This document shows positions 41,313-55,389 of a stretch of 64,000 bases of DNA, in pieces; within the stretch, counting starts at the first letter, position 1, and every line of letters starts with the position of its first letter. The DNA is from Octopus sinensis. Lineage: Eukaryota. The notes beneath the pieces were generated by a model. It saw only the letters and a list, made by a program, of their open reading frames with translations. It did not search any database and was not told the origin of the DNA. The stretch is taken from contig NC_043000.1 of the NCBI RefSeq assembly GCF_006345805.1, forward strand, positions 35,960,001-36,024,000, given 5' to 3'. The translations under genes and the position numbers were made by a program.

Positions 41313-42314
41313 CAAATGAAATAAATGAAAAACAAGACGCAAAGGATGTTGCGGTACATATGTTTCGGGCTTTATAGAACAACTTATTCTTACATCGATG
41401 CATAATTGATATAACAGATAGATCAAAAGCCTTCTTCAGCCGCGTGCCGTTGTTACAACAAAGACTTGTATCACATTATAAAAGGTTTGAGAAAAAAAAC
41501 CGAGTATCATTGGGAAAGTATGTTTGTAAATCTTCATAGGCGTACATGGTATTATTAGACTCCAAAACAAATCGTCCATACCGTTTTTTCACTCAATATT
41601 GGGCGACATTGGGGCGACTGTACACAGTCGACGCTATGGCGACCAGAGCTCGCTCTGGGCGACATTGGTATCACTATTACACTTGGGTTGGGTGCAGTGC
41701 AGTGCAACAAGATGCGTCTTCGTCAAAGCAATTGCTCCCCCAAAGCAAATTAAATAAAATTTGAGATACGTAGAACGTCAAAGCTGCTAACAAAAACAGG
41801 ACAGTGAAAACATTCGGTAAGAGTTGTTTAACCCTAACGAGGTGAAGTGGTGAACGGTGGAGAAAAAAAGCTTTGTCAAGAGACAGATAAGAATGTGTGT
41901 TATAGTTATAAACTGAACGAGAAGAAAAAGAATTACATTTAATTATTGAGGACAGAATTTGAGTTAGAAATAGAGAACCATAAATATTGTATTATGCATA
42001 AAGTGGTGGCTTACATTCGGGGCTTCCAATTTCTCTGTAAAATATAAGATAGTCGCAAAATCAACGCACATGTCACACATCGATTACAAACACCGGTAGA
42101 AGATAAAAGTTCCAGAGGACATTCTTGTTCTTTCGTTTGTGCAAGGATCGTATTATGTTTCGGCTTAAAATGAATTATAGATACAAATATAATGTATAGA
42201 AATATATGAAAACCAGAATAGAAAATAAACGTCTTAGGCATATGAAATGAGATAACATGAGATATCAAGGTGTTATAAACTTGAAACCTACTAGAATATC
42301 ATAGATTATATATA

Positions 42315-44894
42315 TATCAAGTCATCCAATCAGTTCTGTCCAATTTTACCTTTTTTTTTTAGATTTGAATGAAATTTAATAGTATTTTAAAATGTCTAAT
42401 TCAATTAAAAATTATTTTTATGCATTTGTGAACGTTTAAACTAATTCAATATTGTTTTACAAAATAACAGAGGGTGTCCACAAAGTCTGCGTACATGGGG
42501 ATTAACACATACTTTTAAAACAAAACAATTTTATTTAATTATAATGTTAATAAATAATATTTTCAAAGTGATTTCCATCATTTTTCAATGCATAACTTGA
42601 TGCGCCTTGCAAAATTCAGGTGAACTTGATTAAATAAGTCTACATTGACATCAATTTCAGCACACTGACTGGTAATGCGTTCTCTCATGTGCTTTAAATC
42701 TGTAATCTTTATTGTAATCTTTCTCTTTCAACATACCCCAGAAAAAGAAGTCAAGGGGAGAAAGGTCTGGTGAACGAGGGGACCTTTCCATATGAGGCCT
42801 TCTTCCAATTCAGTGAGGAAAAGTGTCATTAAGCCAATCTGTAACAGTTGTGGAAAAATGGGTAGGGGCCCCATCCTGCTGAAACCAATTCGGAAGGCCC
42901 TCGCCTAGGCGCTCAATTTGAGATATTAATTTGTCTCTCAAATTGTTTACATAAGTCTCATCTGTTACACGTTCAATGAAGAAGGGTCCTAGAACATGAA
43001 CTTTCCACAAACCACACCACACCACACCATCACCTTTTTGCTGCCTTGCTGTTTGGATGGATCCATCCAATGTAGATTACCTCCAGACCAGTATAGAAGA
43101 TTCTGTCTATTGACCTCACCAGTTACATAAAACGTAGCTTTGTCACTGAACAACAAAGTTTTTCGTAAAATTGATATTTTCATCCAATTTATCTGAAAAC
43201 CATTCGCACATCTACATTCGTCTATCAGGGTCATCTTCATTTAAGTGATGCAATATCTGTAGGTTGTATCGATGAAACTTTTCCTCAACCAGCATTTTGT
43301 GGATGGTTGTTTTCGAACATCTAACACCGTGGATGTCCGATGAAGTGATTTTTGGGGGCGAGCAGAAACTTTAGCCATGACAGCCTCTTTCGTTTCATCT
43401 GAAGTCTTTGGTCGCCCGGAACGGGGTTTATCCAAAACACTGCCTGTTTCTTTAAATTTCTTGATCAATTTCCCGACGGCAGTAAAAAAAATAGTTTACC
43501 TATAAGGGTGTCGAAGATTAAATTCTTCCGCAATTTTGCGATAAGACCATCACTCTCGTCCACTTAATAATACTAACTCGATTCTTTCTTCTTTAGACAG
43601 ATCCATCATTCGATCTGGGATTCTTTCTTCTTTAGGCAGAGCCATCATTCTATCATCTGTAGAAAAAATAACAAATAAATTTAAAAAAGTAAAGTATTTT
43701 TTTATTTAATTTAAACAAAAGTAAAAAAGGAAAATTATTATTTCTTATAATTGTTTATGTTTTGATTTTATTCAATCTACCCAGACTTCGTGGACACCCT
43801 AAAATTGCTTTGATTAAAACCATTTCAACATGGAAGTATCCAAGGAACATTTAAGGCACATATAATTCTTATGAGTATAATAAAGGTAACTCTGCAGCCG
43901 AAGTGACTCGAAACATACACTCAGTTTATGGGAAAGTGCTTGAATGAAAGAACTTGCAGGAGATCGTTTGCAAAATTGAAGATGAAGATCGAACAGGACG
44001 TCCAGTTGAGTTTGATGATAAGCTCCTTGAGGCATTACTCGAAGAAAATCCGTCATTATCAGTTGAAGAATTGGCAATAAAACTTACTTCAAACCATACA
44101 ACAGTTCATCATCATCTTCAACAACGTGGAAAGATTCCTAAACTTGGAAAATATGTGTCTCATGTATTGTCCGAAAGCAACCGCAAATCCCGAGTTGACA
44201 TCTGCCCTTCTCTCTATTTTCCCAAACTCATTTCACCCCTTTTCGATAGACTTGTGACGAAAAATGGATTTTCTATCGAAATGTAAAACGTCGTAAACAG
44301 TGGCTTGGTAAAAGGAAAAATGTTCAACCACAACCAAGAAGGGAACTTCATGGGAAAAAGGTTCTATTCTATCTGGTGCGATTGCAAAGGCGTAATTCAC
44401 TTTATATTGTTACCACCTAATGCAACAATCAATGCTCAAGTCTACTGTCAGCAATTATAGCGTTTGAACCAAGCTTTGAAGGAAAAAAGAGCCGCTTTAG
44501 TGAGTCGAAAACGAGTGATGTTTCATCAGGACAATGCGCAACCCCACACTGGAAAGATCACATCACAGAAGATCGAAGAGGTCAGTTTGGAAAAATTTCT
44601 TCATCCAACTTATTCTCCCGACCTTACTCCTTCAGGATACCATTTGTTTCATAGTTTACAGAATTATTAGGGGGACACAACTTTCGCAAGCCAGGAGGAG
44701 GTCGAACCTGACATTTCAGAGTTCTTCGCTTTGAAACCAAAAGAGTTTTACATTGATGGGATTAGAAAGCTTGTAAATAGATGGAAGTAAATCATAGATA
44801 ATCAGGGATGATTAACTTTCAATTAAATATAACATTTGATCACTTGGATTCTTTATCCAAAATTCGGACAGAACTTATGGGATGACCTGAGATA
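42315..44894 (+). mobile_element. DD34D mariner element (pseudogenised transposase 43830-~44815) interrupted by a DD41D-type element
   Basis: TIRs TATCAAGTCATCCAATCAGTTCTGTCCAATTTT (42315) and rc AAAATTCGGACAGAACTTATGGGATGACCTGAGATA (to 44894); MEVSKEHLRH..., GRP, HQDNAQPH, YSPDLTPSGYHLF. Confidence 0.88.
42471..43800 (-). mobile_element. Tc1/mariner rosa/Visitor (DD41D-type) transposon with both TIRs
   Basis: TIR AGGGTGTCCACAAAGTCTG(C)GT and rc ACCCAGACTTCGTGGACACCCT; KFKETGSVLDKPRSGRP, LFSDKATF, FQQDGAPTH...H*IGRR...SPDLSPLDFFFWG (40 residues between the Ds in this copy). Confidence 0.88.
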
Positions 44895-45078
44895 TATACA
44901 CCGGCGAAAATATATTTAAGACCGACGATGAAAGTTCTATTTCTTACAAAATATTTTGTTACTAACACCATACAAGTTATTTATATCTTTTACACCTTAT
45001 GCAAAATTTATTTCTCTTTCGAATGATGCAAAAACTTTTTATACAACTTGAAGAATTCTAATGCTAAATTAATATATA

Positions 45079-45244
45079 TTTCTTTACTGCCCACAAGGGG
45101 CTAAACATAGAGGGGACAAACAAGGACAGACAAACAGATTAAGTCGATTACATCGACTCCAGTGCGTAACTGGTACTTAATTTATCGATCCCGAAAGGAT
45201 GAAAGGCAAAGTCGACCTCGGCGGAATTTGAACTCAGGACGTAA
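45079..45244 (-). mobile_element. SINE family B
   Basis: Reverse complement of the 8800-8960 sequence. Confidence 0.85.
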
Positions 45245-45870
45245 TATAAACGTTTCAAATTTACCGGCAAAATTAGTTTAAGACCATGTAATATGTATGC
45301 AATTTTTTTGGCCAAAATGGGTGGTCACACAGCGAGCCAAAATGCACCATATAAAGTTATAAGTTAATGTTATTATACAATTTATTAATAATGGGAAAAC
45401 AACGTAGCCTTAGTCCAGTCACGAGAGCAAAAATCGTATATTACAGCAATAAGTTTCCTTTTCGAACATCAGCAAGCAACTAAAGTGCAGTTAACAGGCT
45501 TGCGTGCAAGCGTGGAAGTTATACTCGGATACTGGTCAATATAAAGATCAGCAAAGGACTAGTAGCAGAATATTTTGTAAGAAATAGAACTTTTATCATC
45601 GATCTTAAATTTATTTTCGCCAGTGTGTATATTATATATATATAATGTATATAATACGAGAATTTTAATGGAGATAGCCTGCAGTATATAGTACAACATT
45701 TTGGTCTCCGTATATGAGCTAAGTATTAATAAAATGTGGTATACGATAAAAATTTCGGATATTTGTCTTAAAACATTCAGACAAGAAAATTCAGATGTAG
45801 TACATGAGGTATTATTCCGTACGAATATACACATATTTATGTTAAGAGTTTCATGATAAAAATATAGAAA

Positions 45871-46015
45871 TATTGGGTTGTCCGGAAAGTTCGTGCCGAT
45901 TTATAGCAACTTATATTTCGACTTATTTTAGAACATGTTTGGGTCCATAAAATAGGATTTGACTACACTTCCATTTAGAGCACAGTTTAAGCTATCTTTT
46001 CGTGGAAAAAGGTTT
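45871..46015 (+). mobile_element. Mariner-type 5' terminal fragment
   Basis: TA-TTGGGTTGTCCGGAAAGTTCGTGCCGATTT resembles mariner TIRs; no transposase follows. Confidence 0.55.
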
Positions 46016-46189
46016 ATGTTCCTAATTTTAAAATTAGTAGTACTTCCTATATAAATTTTCCTAAGTCCGGAGCGTTAAACTAACAAACCTGTTTGCTGTT
46101 TACACACCCGTCTTCGTCTTTTGTTCGTTTCTTTTGTAAGTTCCAAATATATATGTATATGTGTGTGTATGCATATATGTATATATATC

Positions 46190-46210
46190 TTTATATATAT
46201 AAAACTGAGA

Positions 46211-46245
<35 letters not shown>

Positions 46246-46965
46246 TGTCTGTCTGTCTGTCTGTGTGCTTTCCTAAAACTTGAGAACTACACAACCAATT
46301 TCATTTAAATTTTACACATGCCTTATTTAGGGTCCGGGGAGTGTCATCGTCAAAAAAAAATTAACTTTTTGCCTAGGGCGAGCCCACAGCAATATCATAT
46401 CTTCTCCACTACGATTCTCTAAAACTTGAGAACTACACAACCAATTTCATTCAAATTTTACACATGCCTTACTTTGGGTCCATGTAGTTTCATGGGCAAA
46501 AAAAGTTCAACTTCTTGTCTAGAGCGAGCCCATAGCAATATCATATCTTCTCCACCATTTCAGTATTACGTGTTAAAAGTGAAACAAAAATATTTCTCTA
46601 TTTTATGTCAGATTCTTTCACTTTAACAATAAAAATAATAATAACAATTGAATTATATGTAGTAAGTAATAATTAAAATCAAACTAAAGTATAATATAAT
46701 CGTAACATACAAAAGTAAAAATAGCAATTGGTATGAAATTGCATCAATGATTTGAACTTGAATAAGTGATTTCACATGAATGGGAATAAATTAAAGATAT
46801 AATTAGCGTGCAGAAATGGAATAGTCCAGATGGATAATAAAAAATTAAATTAAAGAAAAGACTATTGTCTATAAAGTATACAATGTAGAGAAAAAAGAAT
46901 AGCTAACAATTCCAGTCTGTTATATATTTTGAGTATTGTTATCACTAGTGATATCAAGATATAAC
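46190..46965 (+). mobile_element. Non-autonomous Helitron-like repeat, copy 2, with an internal 146 bp tandem duplication
   Basis: Homologous to 40157-41075; CTAAAACTTGAGAACTACACAACCAATTTCATT at 46273 and 46419. Confidence 0.5.
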
Positions 46966-47106
46966 TTTGTATTTTGCATTTTATGTGTAGATGTATATAT
47001 ATAGATGTACATGTAATATGTACACATATATATACACATATATACGTGCACTAGCACTATGACTCGGCAACGACGGGTCTTTAATGCTAGTATATATATA
47101 TATATA

Positions 47107-47182
47107 TATATATGGATTTCGTAGACAGGAACTTAAACAAATCAATCGTATATATATGTATGTATATATGTAAGTGTATGTG
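47107..47182 (+). repeat. Left copy of a 72-76 bp duplication flanking the RTE (right copy 49895-49966)
   Basis: TATATATGGATTTCGTAGACAGGAACT.AA.CAAATCAATCGTATATATATGTAT(GTAT)ATATGTAAGTGTATGTG on both sides. Confidence 0.9.
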
Positions 47183-49894
47183 TTTTGGTATTGGCAACAT
47201 GAATGACAATGGGCAGAGACTTCTTGAATTTTGCACATACCATAACCTGTGCATCACTAACACATTCTTTGCCAACAAGACATCTCACAAGGCATCTTGG
47301 AGACATCCAAGATCTCACCACTGGCATCAGCTGGATCTCATCATTACACGAAGACCCTTTTTTAATTCTGTTCAACTGACTCGTAGTTACCACAGCGCGG
47401 ATTGTGACACAGATCATTCACTAATAAGAAGCAGAGTGAGGATTCTGCCTAAAATGTCCATCACTCCAAGAAAATGGGTCAAATACACATTAACACTGCC
47501 AGAACCTCGGACCCTACACTGCTGTTTCTATCAAGGTTGCCCTCAGTAGCTGCCCAACCTCCTCTGCTGAAAGTAGGTGGAATTATATCAGGGAAGCTTT
47601 GTATACCACATCAATAGATACTTTCGGCATGAGAGAAAGGCAAAACCCAGATTTTGTTCAGTGTTGGGCTCTCAGAGCTGGAAACAGTTATCGAAGCAAA
47701 GCGTGCAGCTCTGGTGTAATACAAGAGTGATTCTTCTATAAAGTCACTCGAAGAACTCAGAAAGGCAAGAAATAAAACCCAACTGACTGCCAGACGCTGT
47801 GCAAATAGTTATTAGCAGGAAATCTGTCTGAGTATCCAGTCAGCTGCTGACAGTGGCGACACCCGTGGGATGTATGCCGGTTTGAAGAAGGCCCTCGGTC
47901 CATCCGCAACCAAGTCAGCCCCTCTGAAATCAACTACTGGGGATCTCATCAAGGACTAAAGCAAGCAAATGGATAGATGGGTGGAGTACTACCAGGATCT
48001 CTACTCACGAGAGACCACGGTAGCTGAGGCTGCAATCGAGGGTGTCCAGATCTTGCCAGTCATGTGGGAACTTGACAGTCTGCCGTCTATAGCAGAGCTC
48101 ACCAAAGCTATTGACTCCCTAGCAAGTAACAAGGCTCCGGGAAAAGACGGCATCCCCTTAGAGATAAACAAAACCGGCAAAAACACCATCCTGCTTCGGC
48201 ACATTCATGAGCTTCTGAGTCAGTGCTGGGAAGAGGGTACAGTCCCTCAGGATATGCGGGATGCTAACATCATTAGGCTTTACAAAAACAAAGGTGACCG
48301 TGGTGATTGTAACAATTACCGTGGAATATCTCTTCTAAGCACTGTTGGAAAGGCTTCGCCTCGCATTATCCTGTCCAGGCTGCGACTGCTTGCTTCTCGA
48401 ATTTATTCAGAATCGCAGTGTGGCTTTAGAAGAAGCAGATCAACTATTGACATGATATTCTCCATACGCCAACTTCAGGAGAAGTCCAGAGAGCAGAAAA
48501 TGCCATTATATATGGCCTTCATTGATCTGACAAAGGCCTTTGACTTGGGAAGTAGAAAAGGCTTCTTCATCCTTCTCCAAAAACTCGGGTGTCCACCAAA
48601 GCTGCTGAGGATCATCACATCTTTCCATAATGATATGCAAGGCACCATACAGCACAATGGTTCAACATCAGCCGCCTTCCAAATACAAAAATAGGGTATG
48701 GCAAGGTTGTGTCCTTGCTCTTATATTATTTGGCATCTTCCTCTCGCTGCTGCTGTCACATGCCTTTGTGACATCAGATGATGGAGTGTTTCTGCACAGT
48801 AGAAGTGATGGGAAACTGTTCAATCTCTCGCGTCTGCGTAGCAATACCAAAATCAGAAGCGTCCTGATCAAGGAGATGGTATTTGCTGATGATGCCGCTC
48901 TGGTATCACACACAGAAGAAGCCCTACAAAGGCTCATCAACTGATTTGATCAAACATGTGGCAACTTTGGTTTATTTATCAGCCTCAAGAAGACCAACAT
49001 CATGGGTCAGGCTACATCGACCATCCCAAGCATACATATAGGAGACCACAGACCACAGGAGGTGGAGAAGTTTACCTATCTTGGCTCTACCGTCACCTAC
49101 AACCTATCCCTTGATACTGAGCTCAATATACGCATTGGCAAGGCAGCTGCTGTGATGGCCCAACTCTCCAAATGGGCATGGGACAACAATAAGCCGACCA
49201 AGACCACAAAAATGAAGATTTATCAGGCATGTGTACTTAGCACTCTACTGTATGGAAGTGAGACTTGGACGCCATACACACGCCATACGATTCCATACGT
49301 CGCCTAAATATCTTTCACCTGCGCTGCCTCCGGAAAATCCTTCTCATCAAATGGCAGAATCATGTCCCCAACAAAGATGTACTCAAGCAAGCAGAAATAC
49401 CAAGCATGTTTACACTCCTCACACAAAGACGTATGAGATGGCTTCGACATGTTAGCCATATGGAAGATGGCAGAATCCCCAAGGACATACTCAACGGAGA
49501 GCTTGCTAGGTCTGTGGGAAGACCGTTCTTACGATACAAGGATGTTTGCAAAGGGACATGAATGCCTGCAACATCAATATTACCAACTGGGAAGCAGTTG
49601 CCAGCAACCGTGGAGATTGGCGACGTACCGTTAAAGAGGGAACACAAAGGAGTGACATTGAGAGAGAGGAGAAATGGAAAGACAAGAAAAGACGTCAACA
49701 AGAAAGTATGACTTTACAACCAGCCAGGCAAAGTCTTCGCTACATTTGCGGACCTGCCAGAGGGAGTGTTTGTCCAGGATAGGACTACACAGCCACAGCA
49801 GGAGATGTATTAGGACATGAAATGTAAAAGTAGGACTAGATTATTTTATGCGCAACTCCATTGTCTCCCGAGACAAAAAGGATGCCAACAACAA
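47183..49894 (+). mobile_element. 5'-truncated RTE-clade LINE (APE C-terminal part, RT, C2H2 finger), multiple stops
   Basis: NDNGQRLLEFC...NTFF...WRHPRSHHWHQLDLII, SADCDTDH, YKNKGDRGDCNNYRGISLL, ESQCGFR, FIDLTKAFD, QGCVLA..LF, FADDAAL, FTYLGS, C..C...C.SRIGLHSH..RC; (CAA)3 tail. Confidence 0.95.
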
Positions 49895-50201
49895 TATATA
49901 TGGATTTCGTAGACAGGAACTGAAGCAAATCAATCGTATATATATGTATATATGTAAGTGTATGTGCGTGTCTTTGTGTCTGTCTTTCGCCCTCATCACT
50001 GCTTCACAAATGCTGTTCATTTATTTACATCCACAAAACTTACTGGTTTCACAAGAACAAACTAATAGAATAAGTAGTAGGCTTATCAACATAAAAAAGC
50101 ACTAGGCTGTGTCTCATATTTTTGTTTGCCCACTCAGTTGTATCTATCAATTTACCTTTGTGTGTATGTGTGTGTATATATCTATATCTATCTATCTATC
50201 A

Positions 50202-50330
<129 letters not shown>

Positions 50331-50339
50331 ATCTATCTA

Positions 50340-50412
<73 letters not shown>

Positions 50413-50416
<4 letters not shown>

Positions 50417-50625
50417 ATCCAAACAAGAAAGCACAAAAAAAAACACAACAACGCGAGGACGTGGAACAAATATAGTATTATTGGACGCTCAGGAAAGAAG
50501 GAAAGGAGGAGGGTATAACGTTTCGAGCGGAGCTCTTCGTCGGAAACATAGGAGAAGGAAAGATCCAGAGAAGGGAAGACAGAGGAAAAAAATCGCCAAC
50601 GGTACACACGAGGTCACATTTTATA
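50413..50625 (-). mobile_element. PLE-terminus-like short repeat with hammerhead-like motif (50513-50547)
   Basis: Homologous to 11802-12090. Confidence 0.7.
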
Positions 50626-51848
50626 TATAACACCCTAATGGGAGCCTTAACTCCCAAATTTTAGTCATTTCTTTTTTTATCCAAAACTAGGTCAAAAGTA
50701 CTGAATGTATCTTTATGAAATTTTGAAATTATATTCTAAGCATAAGGGCCATTACCCCCATGACAATTCATATATTTTTGCTGGTGATGAAATTTTAACT
50801 ATAGATATTAGACACAAATGAAGTAATATTTATAAAATTTCATCTTCTTACAAAGTTAGAAAGACCCCTCCATGGGGACTTAACACCCACAATTTTGTCA
50901 TTTTATCTGAGCAAAAACGAATACAGTTGTGCTCTTGGAAGCTGTAGGGTTACCCGAGCATAAAAGTTGGGCATTATTTCTAATTTAATGGTACAACAGT
51001 GTAACAGTTTGCTTTGACATACACTTACATTGTGATTTCTGCATGTGGTGCATAAATTAAGTAAATGAGAGGCATCTTTGTCTCTACTGATTCAATTGCA
51101 AAGTGTTGAGTAAAGTTATTTGATTGCAGACCTCCTTTCAGTCTTTTTATTATCACTCGGTCACACATAGTCCCCAGATAGTAACATTGATTACAAGGCC
51201 TTCCCAGATGAGTGACTGGTTATTCAAAGACATTTATAGATTCTAAATTCATTCTGTCCAGTTACGTATCAGTATAGTGGTCATTTGCAAACTCCAGATG
51301 TGACACTTTAATTTCTCCTAAGCCCTCACGTCACACAGTTGTTAATGTTGATTTCAGTTGGGTCACGCCCTTCCAATTGCTATAGATTCGTAATGCATCT
51401 TACGACTGTGCCTGTCACCTGGATGATGAGGAATCCTACATTGGGAGTGGTAACGGCTAGGGTAGGGTAACTGACTGCTTATTGTGATCATTCATCTTTT
51501 GGTTTCCATGTGGCACGATTACAATTTTTTTAGGGTGTGTAAAGAGGGAAATAACCCTTATTTGCAATTTTGATGAAATTCGAAACATAGATATTCCAGT
51601 TCATTCAGAAAATATAACAGAAAAGTCTAATTCTTCAATTGAATGTAACCGGACAACGCCGGATATCTCTGCTAGTATATATATATATACATATGGAACA
51701 GGCAAACTGAGCATACTTCAAAGTCACTGACACCGTCTTCTGGTAAAAATGGAATAGAAATATGTACACTATACAAAAGTGCTGAATCTGTCTACAGTTT
51801 AATGTAAAAACAATAAAATAGTTTTTATTTTTTATTAGTCGACATAAA

Positions 51849-52719
51849 GGCGTCAAGCTGGTAGAAACGCTAGCAATCCGGGCGAAATGCTTAGCAGTAT
51901 TTCGTCTGCCGTTACGTTCTGAGTTCAAATTCAGCCGAGGTCGACTTTGCCTTTCATCTTTCGGGGTCGATAAATTAAGTACCATTTACGCACTAGGGTC
52001 GATATAATCGACTTAATCCGTTTGCCTGCCCTTGTTTGTCCTCTCTGTGTTTAGCCCCTTGTGGGTAGTAAAGAAATAGGTATTTCGTCGGCTTTTACAT
52101 TCTGGTTTTAAATTCCGTTGAGGTCGACTTTGCCTTTCATCCTTTCGGTGTCAATAAATTAAGTACCAGTTGTGTACCGGTTCGATCTAATCTATTCCCC
52201 TCCCCTCAAATTTCAGGCCTTGTGCCTAAAGTAGAAAAGATTTTTTAAGGCAGCGAGCGGGCAGAAAGCTTAGCACGCCGGGCGAAATTCTTAGCGATAT
52301 TACGTCTGTTTTTTACGTTCTGATTTCAAATTGCGCCGAGATCAACTTCGCCTTTCATCCTTTTGGGGTCGGTAAATTAAGTACCAGTTGCGTACTGGAG
52401 TTGATATAATCGACTGGCCCTCACCCCCAAAATTTCGGCTCTTGTGACCAGAGAAGAAGAGAATCGTCTTCACGAAGTTCAAATTCCATCGAGGTCGATT
52501 TTGTCTTTCCTTCTTACGATGTCGATAAAGTAATTATAGGTTTTGGAGAGTATGTATGTACCTCGTAACTTAGCGGTTCGGCAAAAACGAACGACAGAAT
52601 AAGTACTAGGCTTACAAAGAATAAGTTCTTGGTTCGATTAGTTCGACTAAACACGTCAAGACGGTGTCCCAGCATGGCCGCAGTTTAATGTCAGAAACAA
52701 AAGATAACAGATATATCGA

Positions 52720-52802
<83 letters not shown>

Positions 52803-52935
52803 ATGAGTTCAAATTCCTCCAAGGTCGACTTTGCCTTTCATCCTTTCGGGGTCGATAAATTAAGTACCAGTTAAATATTGAGGTCGATGTAAACGACTTA
52901 TCTCCTCCACTTAAATTGCTGGCCTTGTGCTAAAA
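51849..52935 (+). mobile_element. Cluster of about five tandem full or partial SINE family B copies plus a family A tail
   Basis: GGTCGACTTTGCCTTTCATC-type core recurs at ~51940, 52120, 52340, 52495 and 52823. Confidence 0.85.
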
Positions 52936-53297
52936 TTTGAAATTAATATATATAAAGTTGTTAGAACCAAGTAAAAACTCTACAACTGGTCTCATCATCT
53001 CTGGCTGCAAATTCTCTGGTAATTCCAAGTAGACCCACAGGAAAAATCGAATTCGCTGCTCGCCACCTACCGACACACGTGTGAAGCAATGAGATAGTAT
53101 TTACATAGTTGTTCAACATGCTAAAATTAGCAGCCAAAGCATCACCTCAACTCGTGTCCTTCGAGCTTAAACACAAATAGATACACTGTATAATGTACTC
53201 CGAGGTACACAATGCTCGATGTGTCGTCGGGCAGAGCCATAACGGGAATGCTTTTTTTTAATCAGTTAAGATTGACTAAACATCATCATCATCGTCG

Positions 53298-53336
<39 letters not shown>

Positions 53337-53391
53337 CCATCATCATCATCACCACCACCACCACCACCACCACCACCACCACCACCACCAT

Positions 53392-53439
<48 letters not shown>

Positions 53440-53867
53440 GAGCAACAGTAGCAGCAGCAACAGCAACATCCACAGAACCAGTTCTGATTTGTTCGTATCA
53501 TCTGGTATCTATTGTGAGTCATTTGAATAGAAATGTGTCTCGATTACGGATTAAATACCTCCCCCTCCCCCAATATTCGTTGGTCGTACACTAACCCTTA
53601 AACTACGGCGATTTACTCTCCTTTGCAACAAATAATGGGAATTGATAAAAAGCAGATTAAAAGCAACAAATAAATTTCTTATGACAAAGGAACAGGAAGG
53701 AAGGAATTCATATATTTTCCCCGGGAAGGGGGAGACAGCGAAGTAGGATTACAACAGGGGAAGTAATCCATTCAAATTCCACTCCATACTCAAAAACTGA
53801 CTTCAAATATTGTTGTAAAGTGTAAAGCTTGAAAAATAAGAATTTCTCTTTTTGCCAATACACACAT

Positions 53868-53907
<40 letters not shown>

Positions 53908-54182
53908 CACGCAGACCTGTTTCTACTGCACACCTACTTACACACCACATGCCCGTGCAAATGCACACACGCTTTATTCCACGCGCAGCTTATACTAAAT
54001 ACATCCAGACATACACGTGTTTCAATGCATGAGTGTGTGTGTGTGTGTGTACGTCCTTACGCGTATGTGCGTATTTGCATATGAAAAGCGGAATGTCTAT
54101 ATATGTGGATAATTTGAAATACAATGCATTATGTACTTACTGATAAGCACGCAGTCTATAATATATATGTACAACTTGCCCG

Positions 54183-54259
<77 letters not shown>

Positions 54260-54773
54260 ATATCTATCTATCTATCTTTATGAGTTCAAATTCCTCCAAG
54301 GTCGACTTTGCCTTCATCCTTTCGGGGTCGATAAATTAAGTACCAGTTAAATATTGAGGTCGATGTAAACGACTTATCTCCTCCACTTAAATTGCTGGCC
54401 TTGTGCTAAAATTTGAAATTAATATATATAAAGTTGTTAGAACCAAGTAAAAACTCTACAACTGGTCTCATCATCTCTGGCTGCAAATTCTCTGGTAATT
54501 CCAAGTAGACCCACAGGAAAAATCGAATTCGCTGCTCGCCACCTACCGACACACGTGTGAAGCAATGAGATAGTATTTACATAGTTGTTCAACATGCTAA
54601 AATTAGCAGCCAAAGCATCACCTCAACTCGTGTCCTTCGAGCTTAAACACAAATAGATACACTGTATAATGTACTCCGAGGTACACAATGCTCGATGTGT
54701 CGTCGGGCAGAGCCATAACGGGAATGCTTTTTTTTAATCAGTTAAGATTGACTAAACATCATCATCATCGTCG

Positions 54774-54809
<36 letters not shown>

Positions 54810-54866
54810 CCATCACCATCATCACCACCACCACCACCACCACCACCACACCACCACCACCACCAT

Positions 54867-54911
<45 letters not shown>

Positions 54912-55339
54912 GAGCAACAGTAGCAGCAGCAACAGCAACATCCACAGAACCAGTTCTGATTTGTTCGTATCATCTGGTATCTATTGTGAGTCATTTGAAT
55001 AGAAATGTGTCTCGATTACGGATTAAATACCTCCCCCTCCCCCAATATTCGTTGGTCGTACACTAACCCTTAAACTACGGCGATTTACTCTCCTTTGCAA
55101 CAAATAATGGGAATTGATAAAAAGCAGATTAAAAGCAACAAATAAATTTCTTATGACAAAGGAACAGGAAGGAAGGAATTCATATATTTTCCCCGGGAAG
55201 GGGGAGACAGCGAAGTAGGATTACAACAGGGGAAGTAATCCATTCAAATTCCACTCCATACTCAAAAACTGACTTCAAATATTGTTGTAAAGTGTAAAGC
55301 TTGAAAAATAAGAATTTCTCTTTTTGCCAATACACACAT

Positions 55340-55389
<50 letters not shown>

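Noticed and set aside
41605-41670. GGGCGAC(ATT) short repeats and small hairpins resembling a CRISPR-like or iteron array
   Set aside because: Only 3-4 irregular 7-10 bp repeats, no regular spacers, eukaryotic context; probably a transposon subterminal relic.
53212-53451. PolyH/polyQ ORF (duplicated at 54688) resembling a transcription-factor low-complexity region
   Set aside because: A compound trinucleotide microsatellite; tract lengths and frame differ between the two duplicates, and there is no flanking domain or splice evidence.
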